Under the pieces are notes generated by a model. That model was not told where the DNA came from and ran no database searches. It worked only from the letters and a program-made list of their open reading frames with translations. From a virus: a DNA stretch of 64,000 nt. Made by a program: the position numbers and the translations under genes. Every line of letters starts with the position of its first letter. Positions within the stretch are counted from its first letter, which is position 1. Shown here one piece after another: positions 36,760 to 46,490 of the stretch. The DNA lies in IMG/VR virus record IMGVR_UViG_3300002231_001563, positions 103,581 to 167,580 of that record; one strand, 5' to 3'.

Positions 36760-38535
36760 ATGAAAGAACTAGATACATTAATCGAAAAGCAGTACAAACA
36801 GAGGCGCCCCTCGTCACAGCCCCACCTTGGTGTCGAGGAATTAATCAAGTTAGTGGAATCTGTCTATACTACTTTGCCGGCTATTCTGTCGGAAGAAGCG
36901 GCACCCCAAGCCACCAAGACCGATTCTCGCTCGTATACTCTGAGCCTCATTCCTATGCCCCAATTTTCCGAAATTGCGTGGGGTACCCTCACCACACCGG
37001 AAAAGGGTGGCGAGCCCATGGTTGGCGCCTCGGATTTCCGCAAAGAACTTAGCCAGTACATGGGTAATATTGGAGGTGGAAAAGACTTGCGTGGCAAGAT
37101 CGAGGAATTAAACGCATTTTATCGCGGTGAACTCGCGCCTACTAATTTTACAAGCCAGAGCGACAAGATCAGTAAGTATTTATCGTATCTCGTATTTTAT
37201 AAAACTTTAACATCCATCTTTACGGGCTTCAACGCTTCATCAGCTGGCTTTTTATTCGAGCCTTTTCTGGCTATTCTGTTGGATGCGCAGACGGGAGAGC
37301 AGATTCCCGCATCTGGAGCGAGCACCATTGCTGACTTTCGGATTTATGATGGCAGCCGCCCCATCTCTCTTAAAGCCTATACCCACGATCAACTCAAGGT
37401 GGGCGGCTCCTTTCGAATGCTGATTGATGATTTAGTGGGGAAATACCCGGTAATGGAATATATTTGTGTCACCAAGGAAATGGAAAAGGGAAGTAACAAC
37501 CCTTTGTCTGTTCAGGGGAAGCTGCATTTTATGGCATTTAATTTCACCCTAGAAAATGTGGCAGACATCATTTATTATGTGAGTGGCGGAAAGCATCGTT
37601 CAATACTTCAGCTACCCAAGGCCTTTTGGGACGCTGATATTGCAGAGAAAGCTACGAGCGAAGACTTCGCGTCATTCTTAAAGATGCCTTCTAAGTCTGA
37701 AATTAACGTCCCTTTTCTTATTGAAGAGTTCGATAAGATGCTTAAAAGCTCCCTCGCCTCCGCTGGATTATCTTCAGCCGATTCCGAAAAAGTTCTTAAT
37801 CATTTCTATAATTATGCAGTCGACCGGACTACCGGAACTTACCACGCTAATGGTAAACTCTTCGTCAAGGGGCAGACGAAGGCGGCTCCGCCCATGACGG
37901 GCAGCGGACGCTATCCCGGCGTCTATAAAACTCTCTATGATGCGATCGCCAACCAACAAGATATGGACGATACAGTCACCCTGGAGGTGGTTGTCGCTGC
38001 CCTCGATAAGGCGCTATCGCGTTATCGTAAATTTATTGATGGTGGGTCGAGTAAGAAAAAAGAAAAAGCATCCCCCCAAAGTCTAAAGGTCAAAGAGTTA
38101 AATTATCAATCGCCGGAAAAGAGCTACCAGCGCTTGGTGGAATTACGCCAAACCTCCATAGATGCTTACAAGGTCGCGCTGCAAAGTTTGCGCGGAGTAA
38201 TTCACAATGACCAATTTGAATTAAGTGAAAAATCCTTACTCAAAAACCTTCCTACAATTCCAACGCAGGATAATTTGTTTCCTTATGGGAGATACCAAGT
38301 GGGCGACATTGAGATAGGGCGGGAGAATATACAGCAGGTGCTTAATAGGTGTATCGTCGAATTAAACAATTCCATTTTAGATATTTTTGCCAGCCTCAAG
38401 GGCCTGACTGATAATCTAAACGAATATGTGGCCGGAGGCCTCGAAGACGACGCCCTAGTTACCAATCCCGAAACCGGAGCCCGCGCCGAGGCTCAAAATA
38501 TTGACAAGAAAACAACAGATTTAGTTTCAGAATAG
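36760..38535 (+). CDS. 591-aa hypothetical late protein
   Basis: Long ORF after ACTAATTA; FNASSAGFLFEPFLA...ISLK segment. Confidence 0.6.
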   Translation: MKELDTLIEKQYKQRRPSSQPHLGVEELIKLVESVYTTLPAILSEEAAPQATKTDSRSYTLSLIPMPQFSEIAWGTLTTPEKGGEPMVGASDFRKELSQYMGNIGGGKDLRGKIEELNAFYRGELAPTNFTSQSDKISKYLSYLVFYKTLTSIFTGFNASSAGFLFEPFLAILLDAQTGEQIPASGASTIADFRIYDGSRPISLKAYTHDQLKVGGSFRMLIDDLVGKYPVMEYICVTKEMEKGSNNPLSVQGKLHFMAFNFTLENVADIIYYVSGGKHRSILQLPKAFWDADIAEKATSEDFASFLKMPSKSEINVPFLIEEFDKMLKSSLASAGLSSADSEKVLNHFYNYAVDRTTGTYHANGKLFVKGQTKAAPPMTGSGRYPGVYKTLYDAIANQQDMDDTVTLEVVVAALDKALSRYRKFIDGGSSKKKEKASPQSLKVKELNYQSPEKSYQRLVELRQTSIDAYKVALQSLRGVIHNDQFELSEKSLLKNLPTIPTQDNLFPYGRYQVGDIEIGRENIQQVLNRCIVELNNSILDIFASLKGLTDNLNEYVAGGLEDDALVTNPETGARAEAQNIDKKTTDLVSE

Positions 38536-38546
38536 AAAAATAACCC

Positions 38547-38575
38547 TTGACTTTTACATAAAAAGTGTTTATAAT
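38547..38575 (+). promoter_or_regulatory. sigma70-type promoter of groEL
   Basis: TTGACT-17-TATAAT. Confidence 0.75.
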
Positions 38576-38604
38576 TATAATAGATAAACTTATAGAGGTG
38601 TCAA

Positions 38605-40185
38605 TTGACAAAACATTATAGTGACGGCTCAGCCCTGAGCCAAAAGATTCTGTGTGGAGTAAATAAACTGGCAGACAACGTAGCAGCTACTCTTGGCCCA
38701 CGCGGAAGAAATGTTATTTTACAAGAGAAGGGTAAGCGCCCCATCATTACCAAAGACGGAGTAACAGTCGCTGGCTTCGTAGACCTAGAGGATCCCATCG
38801 AGAACGCAGGGGCACAAATTATAAAGCAGGCAGCCGCTCAAACTAATCTGGATGCAGGTGACGGCACGACTACTGCCACAGTCTTATCTCGCTCCCTACT
38901 GGTGAATGCCCAGAAGTATATTTCAGCCGGAGTTCCTCCTGTGGAATTGCAACGCGGCATGGAGAAGGCCACTGCTGCCCTTATTGAGGCCCTCCAAGCT
39001 TCTGCCTCACCCATCTCCGATGAAGATTCAATCGCCCATGTGGCCACAATTTCAGCCAATAACGATAGGCAAATTGGAAATTTGATTGCCAAAGCTGTTG
39101 CAGCCGCCGGCAAAGATGGGGCGATCACTGTGGAGGAGGCCCGATCTTTTCAGACCTCCCTTGATTTAGTGGAAGGCTTTCGTATGGACGCGGGCTTCGC
39201 AGCGACAGCTTTTATAACCGATGACCGCCGTGGCGCCACAGTATATGATGAGCCCCTGATCCTGGTCACTGATGAGAAGATAGATCAAGTGCAAGATATT
39301 ATGGGAGTCATGGAGTTAGCTGCCAGGGAATCCAGGCCCCTCGTAATCGTTTGTGCCGATATTGAGGGGCAGCCCTTGAGTACCCTTATTATTAATCAAA
39401 TCAAGGGCAAGTTGCGTTCTATCCCCATTAAAGCTCCTCGGTATGGAGAAGAGAGGCAGAACACGTTGAGGGATCTAGCTATATCCACGGGCGCGACTTT
39501 GATTAGTCGGGCCAATGGAAAAAAACTTCAAGAGGTGAAGCTGGTCGATTTTGGAACAGCCAGTCGAATCGACGTTACGAAATATCAAACCACTATTATC
39601 GGAGGCAAAGGGGATCCAGACCATATTGGCTCCCAACTCGCTGCTTTAAAGCAGGATTTAATCGATGAAGATAGCCTCCCTGAATGTGAAAAAATCCAAA
39701 ATCGCATAGCGCGTCTGGCCAGTGGTATTTCCGTTATTAGAGTTGGGGGATCGACTGAAATCGAGATGATTGAAAAGAAGCATCGTATTGAAGACGCCCT
39801 GGAAGCTGTCACAGCCGCCCAGGAGGAGGGCATTATCGCGGGAGGGGGCGCCGCCCTTATCCATGCCGCTGCGTCTCTTCACGTAGCCGTAGAGAGCGAG
39901 AATGAGCAGTTGGGGGTGGATTTAGTCAAGGCAGCTGTGGAAGCCCCATTGCGCCAAATGGCCCAGAATGCCGGAGAATCTCCAGATATTATTTGCCGTG
40001 AGGTAGTGACCCACGGCCCCGGCACGGGCTATAATTTTGTGACACGCCAGTTCGTTAATATGGTGGAGGCTGGTGTAATTGACCCCGTTAAGGTCACTAC
40101 GGCGGCCCTTCAGAATGCCACTTCGGTTGCGGGTACCCTTATTACGACGAATAACGCCATTATTCAGGGAGGGGGCACTACTTAA
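38605..40185 (+). CDS. groEL: chaperonin GroEL
   Basis: TLGPRGRNV, ITKDGVTVA, AGDGTTTATVL, IEDALEA, GIIAGGG, GVIDPVKV; no GGM tail. Confidence 0.96.
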   Translation: MTKHYSDGSALSQKILCGVNKLADNVAATLGPRGRNVILQEKGKRPIITKDGVTVAGFVDLEDPIENAGAQIIKQAAAQTNLDAGDGTTTATVLSRSLLVNAQKYISAGVPPVELQRGMEKATAALIEALQASASPISDEDSIAHVATISANNDRQIGNLIAKAVAAAGKDGAITVEEARSFQTSLDLVEGFRMDAGFAATAFITDDRRGATVYDEPLILVTDEKIDQVQDIMGVMELAARESRPLVIVCADIEGQPLSTLIINQIKGKLRSIPIKAPRYGEERQNTLRDLAISTGATLISRANGKKLQEVKLVDFGTASRIDVTKYQTTIIGGKGDPDHIGSQLAALKQDLIDEDSLPECEKIQNRIARLASGISVIRVGGSTEIEMIEKKHRIEDALEAVTAAQEEGIIAGGGAALIHAAASLHVAVESENEQLGVDLVKAAVEAPLRQMAQNAGESPDIICREVVTHGPGTGYNFVTRQFVNMVEAGVIDPVKVTTAALQNATSVAGTLITTNNAIIQGGGTT

Positions 40186-40207
40186 ACGGGAAGTAGGAGG
40201 AACTTTC

Positions 40208-40486
40208 ATGGGCGAAAACGAAGAAATTAAAATTGATATTGTTGAACTAAACGGAAAGCTGGATCGCATGACGGATAGTTTAGACACCCTTAAAGAAAAA
40301 TGTGATGATATTGCAATCTGTGTCAATAAAGTCAAGAAGGCAGTCTATGAGCCCGACCAGGGCCTTTATGCGCGCCTCCGAGAACTAGAGCAATGGAAAG
40401 ATACCACAGCACGCGTGCTTTGGATTATTAGTACCAGCATTATTGGCTTGATGACAGCGACAATCTGGCACACATTCTTTAAATAA
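40208..40486 (+). CDS. holin-like / coiled-coil protein with C-terminal TM helix
   Basis: Coiled-coil followed by VLWIISTSIIGLMTATIW. Confidence 0.45.
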   Translation: MGENEEIKIDIVELNGKLDRMTDSLDTLKEKCDDIAICVNKVKKAVYEPDQGLYARLRELEQWKDTTARVLWIISTSIIGLMTATIWHTFFK

Positions 40487-40498
40487 AGCGAGGTAGGG

Positions 40499-40792
40499 GT
40501 GAGGGTGAATATTACTTACTCTGTAGAACTTGAGAAAGTACAAAGTGAAATTAGAAAATTTATTTTAGAATGTATGGAAAGCACGATGGATCTCCGAGCT
40601 ACCCTAGAGGAAGCATCCGAAGCAACGCCCCTGGAGGCCATTGAGGGCCTCAGTGAGGCACGGACTCGTCTTTATGGACTAGATGTGCGCCTGGAGGAGT
40701 GTATCCGTGTGCTGGGGGGTTATATTGATGTTAAAGCACAACTGATGGCCCAAGCCAACTCGACACCGGAGGAGGGAGATGGTGAGCTTTAA
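40499..40792 (+). CDS. hypothetical protein
   Basis: GTG start after GAGGT. Confidence 0.6.
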   Translation: MRVNITYSVELEKVQSEIRKFILECMESTMDLRATLEEASEATPLEAIEGLSEARTRLYGLDVRLEECIRVLGGYIDVKAQLMAQANSTPEEGDGEL

Positions 40793-41015
40793 ATTCCAAA
40801 AAGGAGAATACCTACACGTACCTTCGGGCGCCCGCCTACTTAAGCTTAATGGTCGCGGAGAGTTGTTGACCTTTGTGATGGCAGAAAGGCCTCTGGCCTT
40901 GATGTGCCTGGGGCATGAGAGTGAATATTGTGAGGTATTCTATGGAGGGGAGAAGTATATGATTGAAGAAAGAGCAGCCTATAAAATGGAGAAAGAAGAT
41001 GATCGAGCACGTTAA
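40779..41015 (+). CDS. small beta-barrel-like hypothetical protein
   Basis: FKFQKGEYLHV...CEVFYGGEKYMIE. Confidence 0.5.
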   Translation: MVSFKFQKGEYLHVPSGARLLKLNGRGELLTFVMAERPLALMCLGHESEYCEVFYGGEKYMIEERAAYKMEKEDDRAR

Positions 41016-41298
41016 GTTGGTAGAAGTTTACAACAGATCCGGGAACGGCACAATCCGTGACTACACCGTTCGATCGGTGTACATAAACCCAGTACATGTG
41101 GTATGTTTGCGCGAAGATCCGGGAGCCGAAAGACTCTTAGCTGAGGGTAAGTTGCCCGATGATTTAGACCCTCGTCAAGAGTTTACTAAAGTGACGCTCA
41201 ATAAAGGGGCAACTGGCCAAGACATTACGGTTGTTGGCCGCATTCATGATATTCATGAGAAGCTATACGGCACGAATCGTACATTGCTAAAGGGGTAG
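40999..41298 (+). CDS. hypothetical protein (FlbD-like YINP motif)
   Basis: VYINPVHVVCLRED. Confidence 0.5.
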   Translation: MIEHVKLVEVYNRSGNGTIRDYTVRSVYINPVHVVCLREDPGAERLLAEGKLPDDLDPRQEFTKVTLNKGATGQDITVVGRIHDIHEKLYGTNRTLLKG

Positions 41299-41300
41299 GT

Positions 41301-41729
41301 ATGGAGATTATATGCTCCTTTAAAGAAGTGGATGAGTATAATGGCCTGTTTGATGTCGAAGACGCTAAGAAGAAATATGGCCGCTACGATGCAGGGAATT
41401 TGAATGTCAAGGGCCTCGGCCATGATAAGTGGGCTGTGGTGGCCACCCTCTTGCCCGAACGGCAAGTGGCATCTTATATGGAGGAGGGGTTAACCCTCCA
41501 GGAAGTAGTCGATGGTTGCTTCGAACACCTCAATCAGCCACCCACGCGAAGGTCTCGCAAGCCGAAATACGGCCTTTTGTCCCCTCGTTACTATGTTTAC
41601 TTAGAGAAGGAGGGGACTATTAGTGTCTCGTTTACGACCACGGATCGGAATAATAAATATTTCTGGGGTCGTGGTCGCAAGCAATCAGGCCGCAAGCTCT
41701 CTAAGCGAGGCCGGCCCCGGAAGAAATAA
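41301..41729 (+). CDS. hypothetical protein with basic C-terminal tail
   Basis: Ends GRGRKQSGRKLSKRGRPRKK. Confidence 0.6.
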   Translation: MEIICSFKEVDEYNGLFDVEDAKKKYGRYDAGNLNVKGLGHDKWAVVATLLPERQVASYMEEGLTLQEVVDGCFEHLNQPPTRRSRKPKYGLLSPRYYVYLEKEGTISVSFTTTDRNNKYFWGRGRKQSGRKLSKRGRPRKK

Positions 41730-41730
41730 A

Positions 41731-42228
41731 ATGACCAGAGATGAAAAATTACTTCAAGATATCCAATGTGTTGAGTTTTATTTAGCCGACCAGTTTGGGG
41801 TGATGGTTGATTTTGATGAAGGTGGCCAAAATGAGTATTGGTTTGACCCCGGAGATGATGAGGATGCCGGAGTGATTTCCATTGATTCCTCCATGGATTT
41901 ATTGGAACAGCTATATGTTCTGTTGCACGAGGCGGGGCATGTGAAAATCCGGACCCAACCAGATTTTATGGCACGGTTCCCCGATAGCAACCGTCACAGT
42001 CTCTCGGGCCGCATCGAGATTTTGCGCGAAGAGGTGGCGGCGTGGAATGAGGCAGCTCTTTTAATTGATAAATTTGGAATAGCCAGAAGTACGCATTTTG
42101 ACGAGATAAGTTGGCGTAACAATTACCGCGATGCCCTGAGTAAGTACGCCCAGTGGGTGGCCACCGGCGACACCGACACCACGAATTTTAAGATAGCGCT
42201 ACGAGGCCCATGGTCCAGGGCCATCTAG
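41731..42228 (+). CDS. HExxH metallopeptidase-like protein (ImmA/IrrE-like)
   Basis: LYVLLHEAGH...REEVAAWNEA. Confidence 0.6.
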   Translation: MTRDEKLLQDIQCVEFYLADQFGVMVDFDEGGQNEYWFDPGDDEDAGVISIDSSMDLLEQLYVLLHEAGHVKIRTQPDFMARFPDSNRHSLSGRIEILREEVAAWNEAALLIDKFGIARSTHFDEISWRNNYRDALSKYAQWVATGDTDTTNFKIALRGPWSRAI

Positions 42229-42276
42229 GGCTACAATAAAAGAGTTTTCAACAAACCATTTCAGGAGGACGTTACG

Positions 42277-42621
42277 ATGAACGACCAGCACATTAAGATC
42301 GACAAGCCTTGGGGGCATGAGATAATTTGGGCTCACACGGATACTTATGTAGGGAAGCTGCTGCACATAACCAATGGGTGCCGCCTTTCTCGACAGTACC
42401 ACCGACAGAAGGAAGAGACTGTGTATGTCTTGAAAGGGATATTATACAATTATGATGCCGATGGACACGTCCAGCGCATCCTTCCCGGCCAGTCTCTTCA
42501 CATTAAGCCGCGACAAATTCACCGGTTTGCGGCAATGGAAGGGAATGTGGAAGTTATAGAGGTCAGCACTAACCACTTACATGATGTTGTACGCATGGAA
42601 GATGACTACCGGAGAGAATAA
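42277..42621 (+). CDS. cupin, mannose-6-phosphate isomerase type II-like
   Basis: KPWGHE, LSRQYHRQKEETVYVLKG, IHRF, IEVST. Confidence 0.75.
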   Translation: MNDQHIKIDKPWGHEIIWAHTDTYVGKLLHITNGCRLSRQYHRQKEETVYVLKGILYNYDADGHVQRILPGQSLHIKPRQIHRFAAMEGNVEVIEVSTNHLHDVVRMEDDYRRE

Positions 42622-42622
42622 T

Positions 42623-42970
42623 ATGACGCCCAAGTTGTATCTGGCATGTGCGTTGATCTTGTGCGGACATATCGTAGCCTGGTATGCGACCTACTCCCAG
42701 TTTATTTGGGCATGGTGCAAGGACAATATTATATACCTTCCCCTCATTTTTGCGCTCCCAACGAGTTATCTTTTTATATTTGGGATGAAATTTGCTGTCG
42801 AAGAGATGGGGGAAGCATGGGGTCCTCGGCTTCTTGGGTTTGGTCTGTCGTATTTAGTGTTTCCTTTTCTGACGTATTGGTATTTCAACGAAAGTATGTT
42901 TGAGCCCAAAACTTTAATTTGCGTCGTTTTATCTTTTGCTATCGTAGCAATTCAGGTATTTTGGAAATAA
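42623..42970 (+). CDS. small multi-pass membrane protein (SMR/DMT-like)
   Basis: Four hydrophobic segments in 115 aa. Confidence 0.6.
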   Translation: MTPKLYLACALILCGHIVAWYATYSQFIWAWCKDNIIYLPLIFALPTSYLFIFGMKFAVEEMGEAWGPRLLGFGLSYLVFPFLTYWYFNESMFEPKTLICVVLSFAIVAIQVFWK

Positions 42971-42975
42971 AATAA

Positions 42976-42983
42976 ACTATTTA
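42976..42983 (+). promoter_or_regulatory. putative late promoter motif CTAnTTA
   Basis: ACTATTTA 18 nt before ATG 43001. Confidence 0.55.
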
Positions 42984-43000
42984 TAGGGTGGAGAAAAGAT

Positions 43001-43360
43001 ATGGAAATCTTAGATAAAGTGATAGACAACGCCCTGGAAGCCCTACAAGAAGAAAAATATAAATTAAGAACCTATCAGATTGAAATGTTATTGAGGATTG
43101 AGTCTGAATTCGGAGTAGAGGAAACCCTCCAGGATATCCGCTCAATTGGCGGCGTCACCGTAGTTACAGCTATAGATTCTATTTTTCGCGATAATAGTTC
43201 GAGCTACTTGAGTCGAGTGCGTGTAAAATTTCACCCTGCGCAGGACTCCACTACTGCCAAAACTTTCATTAAAGATCACTTATTGCCCGTTATTCGAAGC
43301 ACTGAAGTACCTGGATGCCGTGTCATCCGAGTTATCAATCAGCCCGAGAGGATATCATGA
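43001..43360 (+). CDS. hypothetical late protein
   Basis: ACTATTTA upstream; ETLQDIRSIGGVTVV. Confidence 0.6.
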   Translation: MEILDKVIDNALEALQEEKYKLRTYQIEMLLRIESEFGVEETLQDIRSIGGVTVVTAIDSIFRDNSSSYLSRVRVKFHPAQDSTTAKTFIKDHLLPVIRSTEVPGCRVIRVINQPERIS

Positions 43361-43512
43361 TGAGATTTATTTTTCTCTTAGCGGTGGTGTGCGGTGTTTC
43401 GTGTATGGGAAAGAAAAAAGCCACCAACGCCGTGCCTACTCCTGTCGATCGCGATACCGGTCTCTTCGATGAGGGTGATTTGGATGATTTACCTGAAGCA
43501 GACATTAAATAG
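43357..43512 (+). CDS. small putative lipoprotein
   Basis: MMRFIFLLAVVCGVSC signal/lipobox then acidic tail. Confidence 0.5.
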   Translation: MMRFIFLLAVVCGVSCMGKKKATNAVPTPVDRDTGLFDEGDLDDLPEADIK

Positions 43513-43590
43513 TTAAACTTTTGATTCTTTTCATGATACTTACTTATGGGGGATAATTGAGTTCCCCTGTTTTTAAGGGGTGACTATGAG

Positions 43591-44394
43591 ATGATTATTA
43601 AAAGTTTTTTGTATAGTGTGTTGAATGCAGTGTTAATGTTAGGGTGTGTGGTCTTAATGGGGTGTCAACAGAATGACGCGATGCTCCAAGGCTTGGTGAA
43701 AGCCTCTGAACATGCAATTGAATATGAGGAATCATTTACCTTAACGCAGTATGACGTAACTCAATATGAGTCGTATGCAACGAGAATCTCGCGCGATTCC
43801 GCAGTCAAGGTCGAAATTGATTATGGACATGCGACTATTAGAGGTACGGGCACCTACTTTAAATACAAGGGACACTATATGGTAGTCACCGCAGCCCATC
43901 TTTTTGCAATGGGTGGCGGCCAAACCTTAGTTGACGAGGCAGTTATTACCACCCCGAATGAAAAGGTGATGGGTAAATTGCTTTATATTGATAAATATGT
44001 GGACATAGCTATTTTTGCAGCCCCCAAGTTACAAAGTCGAAAGGCAGCTAAATTCAGCCGCGCCAAGAGTTATCCCATCGGCGCTCCTGTTTATTATTCG
44101 GGATTCCCAGGGGCTAACAATCTCCTTACCTTTACGGGCACCCTTTCGGGCGAAGGATATGGGACCGATATCGCCATGCACTCGTTCGCGTGGGGAGGCT
44201 CTTCTGGCTCGGGAGTTTTCGATGAACAGGGGCAATTTGTTGGCGTTCTCGTCTCTATCATGGTTGGACCCGGCTATATGGGTCCCCAATTAGTGGGCTC
44301 TGTGGTCTATATTGCTCCAGCCGACCTAATCGATAGTGCTTATTTGCGCCAGCAATTAGATAAAGTGGGGAGGATGAAAAATGACGGTTTTTAA
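43591..44394 (+). CDS. trypsin-like serine protease, putative lipoprotein
   Basis: VVTAAH, VDIAIF, GGSSGSGVF triad motifs; VLMGC lipobox. Confidence 0.85.
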   Translation: MIIKSFLYSVLNAVLMLGCVVLMGCQQNDAMLQGLVKASEHAIEYEESFTLTQYDVTQYESYATRISRDSAVKVEIDYGHATIRGTGTYFKYKGHYMVVTAAHLFAMGGGQTLVDEAVITTPNEKVMGKLLYIDKYVDIAIFAAPKLQSRKAAKFSRAKSYPIGAPVYYSGFPGANNLLTFTGTLSGEGYGTDIAMHSFAWGGSSGSGVFDEQGQFVGVLVSIMVGPGYMGPQLVGSVVYIAPADLIDSAYLRQQLDKVGRMKNDGF

Positions 44395-45391
44395 ATATAT
44401 ATTTTTGTGCGCCAGTTTACTTTTAATTGCGTCGTGCACTGACACGGATTATTCTTTAGTGACGGGGAAAACCGAGACTATTACTGAATATGTGGAAGTG
44501 GAGGTAGAACCAGAAATAGAAATCTGGATAGAATCATTCACTCAAGTGGGAGCCTTCGATGAGATGGATATCCTTTGGGTCATCGATGGCTCATGCTCCA
44601 TGAATGCTCATCACGCGGAATTGGTGGCGGGGGTTGAAGCAATGATGAACAGCTTGCCTACTGATGTAAATTGGCGTTTAAAAATGATTACGGCGGGGGA
44701 CAACTCTTATCCCGTTCAATCTACTTTGTTTCCCCTAACAAGAGGGGATGATATTGATGATGCCATTGATATGTTGAACGACCTTCCGTATGACGGCGGC
44801 GAGGCTGGCTTTGGAGCCGTAGAAAATTATATCAAAACAGATTCATATGCGCAAACGTGGATGAGAAATGACGCCGCCCTCCTGACAATCTTTGTATCTG
44901 ATGAGCCCGAGCAAAGTGGGATCGACGTTAAAGATTTTACGTGGTGGTATGAGGGGCAGAGAAATAGTGTATATATGGCGTCTATCGTCAACGTCCCAGA
45001 CGCTGAATCAGTGTGTACTTACACTACGAATGTCATGACCATAGGTCAAAAGTATATTGATGCTACCAATTATTTTGGCGGTGTTGTAGTGGACATCTGC
45101 GAGACCGATTGGGCCACCGCAGTGACGGATGCTACGCAAGAAATTGAACCAGTCGAGGACTATAAATTAGCTCATGTGCCCTATGAAAATACTATCGTCG
45201 TGTTTATTGAGGGAGCCCCCAATAGTGACTGGCACTACAGTGCACAGGAAAATCGCATCTATTTTGATGTGATGCCTCTTGAGGGCGAGCGCGTGGAAAT
45301 GGCGTACGCAGTTAAAGAGTATAATTGGCTTTCGGACCACTCAATCGAAGTAGACGCCCAATCGCTTCAAAATAATAATATATCTCCTTGA
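44381..45391 (+). CDS. vWA-domain lipoprotein
   Basis: LLLIASC lipobox; DILWVIDGSCSM MIDAS; IFVSDEPEQS. Confidence 0.8.
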   Translation: MTVFKYIFLCASLLLIASCTDTDYSLVTGKTETITEYVEVEVEPEIEIWIESFTQVGAFDEMDILWVIDGSCSMNAHHAELVAGVEAMMNSLPTDVNWRLKMITAGDNSYPVQSTLFPLTRGDDIDDAIDMLNDLPYDGGEAGFGAVENYIKTDSYAQTWMRNDAALLTIFVSDEPEQSGIDVKDFTWWYEGQRNSVYMASIVNVPDAESVCTYTTNVMTIGQKYIDATNYFGGVVVDICETDWATAVTDATQEIEPVEDYKLAHVPYENTIVVFIEGAPNSDWHYSAQENRIYFDVMPLEGERVEMAYAVKEYNWLSDHSIEVDAQSLQNNNISP

Positions 45392-45416
45392 CAAGAAGAG
45401 AATATTAAGTTATACT
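45388..45416 (+). promoter_or_regulatory. sigma70-type promoter
   Basis: TTGACA-17-TATACT. Confidence 0.7.
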
Positions 45417-45453
45417 ATATAAGTGAACTAATTATATTACTAGGAGTAGTGTT

Positions 45454-45753
45454 ATGTTTAAAACTTTGTATAGAGCAGTGCTGGTACCCGCGTTGCGCCT
45501 TTTTGGGTTAGCGCCCGCCCTAGAGAGCCGTCAGTTAATAAGAGAAATTATCCAGTTGGAGCAACAACTTGAAGCCTTTCAGCGCGAATTAGAAGAATTG
45601 CGCATGGAAAATAAATCCTTGTGGGATATGTTAGACGAACTCAATAGCGCCAGCACCGTGGGGAAGGGAACTGTAACCGATTTCCTTGAAGAATTGCAAG
45701 ATACTGTCATGGAAGAAATGCTGAAAGATTTTAAACCAGCGGGCGAAGCCTAA
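45454..45753 (+). CDS. coiled-coil hypothetical protein
   Basis: GGAG RBS; heptad pattern. Confidence 0.6.
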   Translation: MFKTLYRAVLVPALRLFGLAPALESRQLIREIIQLEQQLEAFQRELEELRMENKSLWDMLDELNSASTVGKGTVTDFLEELQDTVMEEMLKDFKPAGEA

Positions 45754-46490
45754 TGGCTGCCCTGGCAGACATTTTCCTGTTTGATGTGGACGGAACTTTG
45801 ACCCCTCCTCGTTGTCATATCGACCCTTCTCTGGAAAGTGTCTTTATGAAGTTGGGGAAATTGTGTACGGTCTACTTGGTATCTGGCAGTGATATCTCTA
45901 AAATTAAAGAACAAATGCCCCCCGAAACCCGGGAGGTATGTGCGGGAATATTCGGAAGCTCGGGAAACGAATTGTGGATAGACGACGAATTGGTGTATGC
46001 TAATAATTTTGAACCTACGGAACGACTCACCGCCTCCCTGGAAGACGCCCTCCATAACTCTCCTTACCCTTTACGCACTGGCACCCACATTGAAAAGCGA
46101 CCGGGCATGATAAATTATAGTATCGTAGGTCGCGAGGCCACTCCAGAGCAGCGACTTGAATATTATAGGTGGGATCAGAAAACCCACGAACGCAAGAGGT
46201 TAGCCATTTCACTCATGGCGCGCCACCCAGAAGTAGAAGTGAGTATTGGAGGGGAGATTTCTATTGATATTTATCCCCGGGGCAACGATAAGAGTCAGGC
46301 AGTGCGATATATCCAGGAGGCTCATTCCCATAAACGCATCTGTTTTTTTGGCGATAAGACCCAGCCGCCTGGAAATGATTATAGTGCTGTGGCTGCATTA
46401 GGGGAGACAGACCGTATATATGCAGTGAGGAGTTGGCACCATACCTATGATATTTTAAAATCATATCTTGAGGATAATTATAATGAATGA
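45753..46490 (+). CDS. phosphomannomutase (HAD-IIB, eukaryote-PMM-like)
   Basis: FLFDVDGTLT, VSGSD, IEKRPGMIN, IGGEISIDIYPRGNDK, FFGDKTQPPGNDY. Confidence 0.9.
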   Translation: MAALADIFLFDVDGTLTPPRCHIDPSLESVFMKLGKLCTVYLVSGSDISKIKEQMPPETREVCAGIFGSSGNELWIDDELVYANNFEPTERLTASLEDALHNSPYPLRTGTHIEKRPGMINYSIVGREATPEQRLEYYRWDQKTHERKRLAISLMARHPEVEVSIGGEISIDIYPRGNDKSQAVRYIQEAHSHKRICFFGDKTQPPGNDYSAVAALGETDRIYAVRSWHHTYDILKSYLEDNYNE

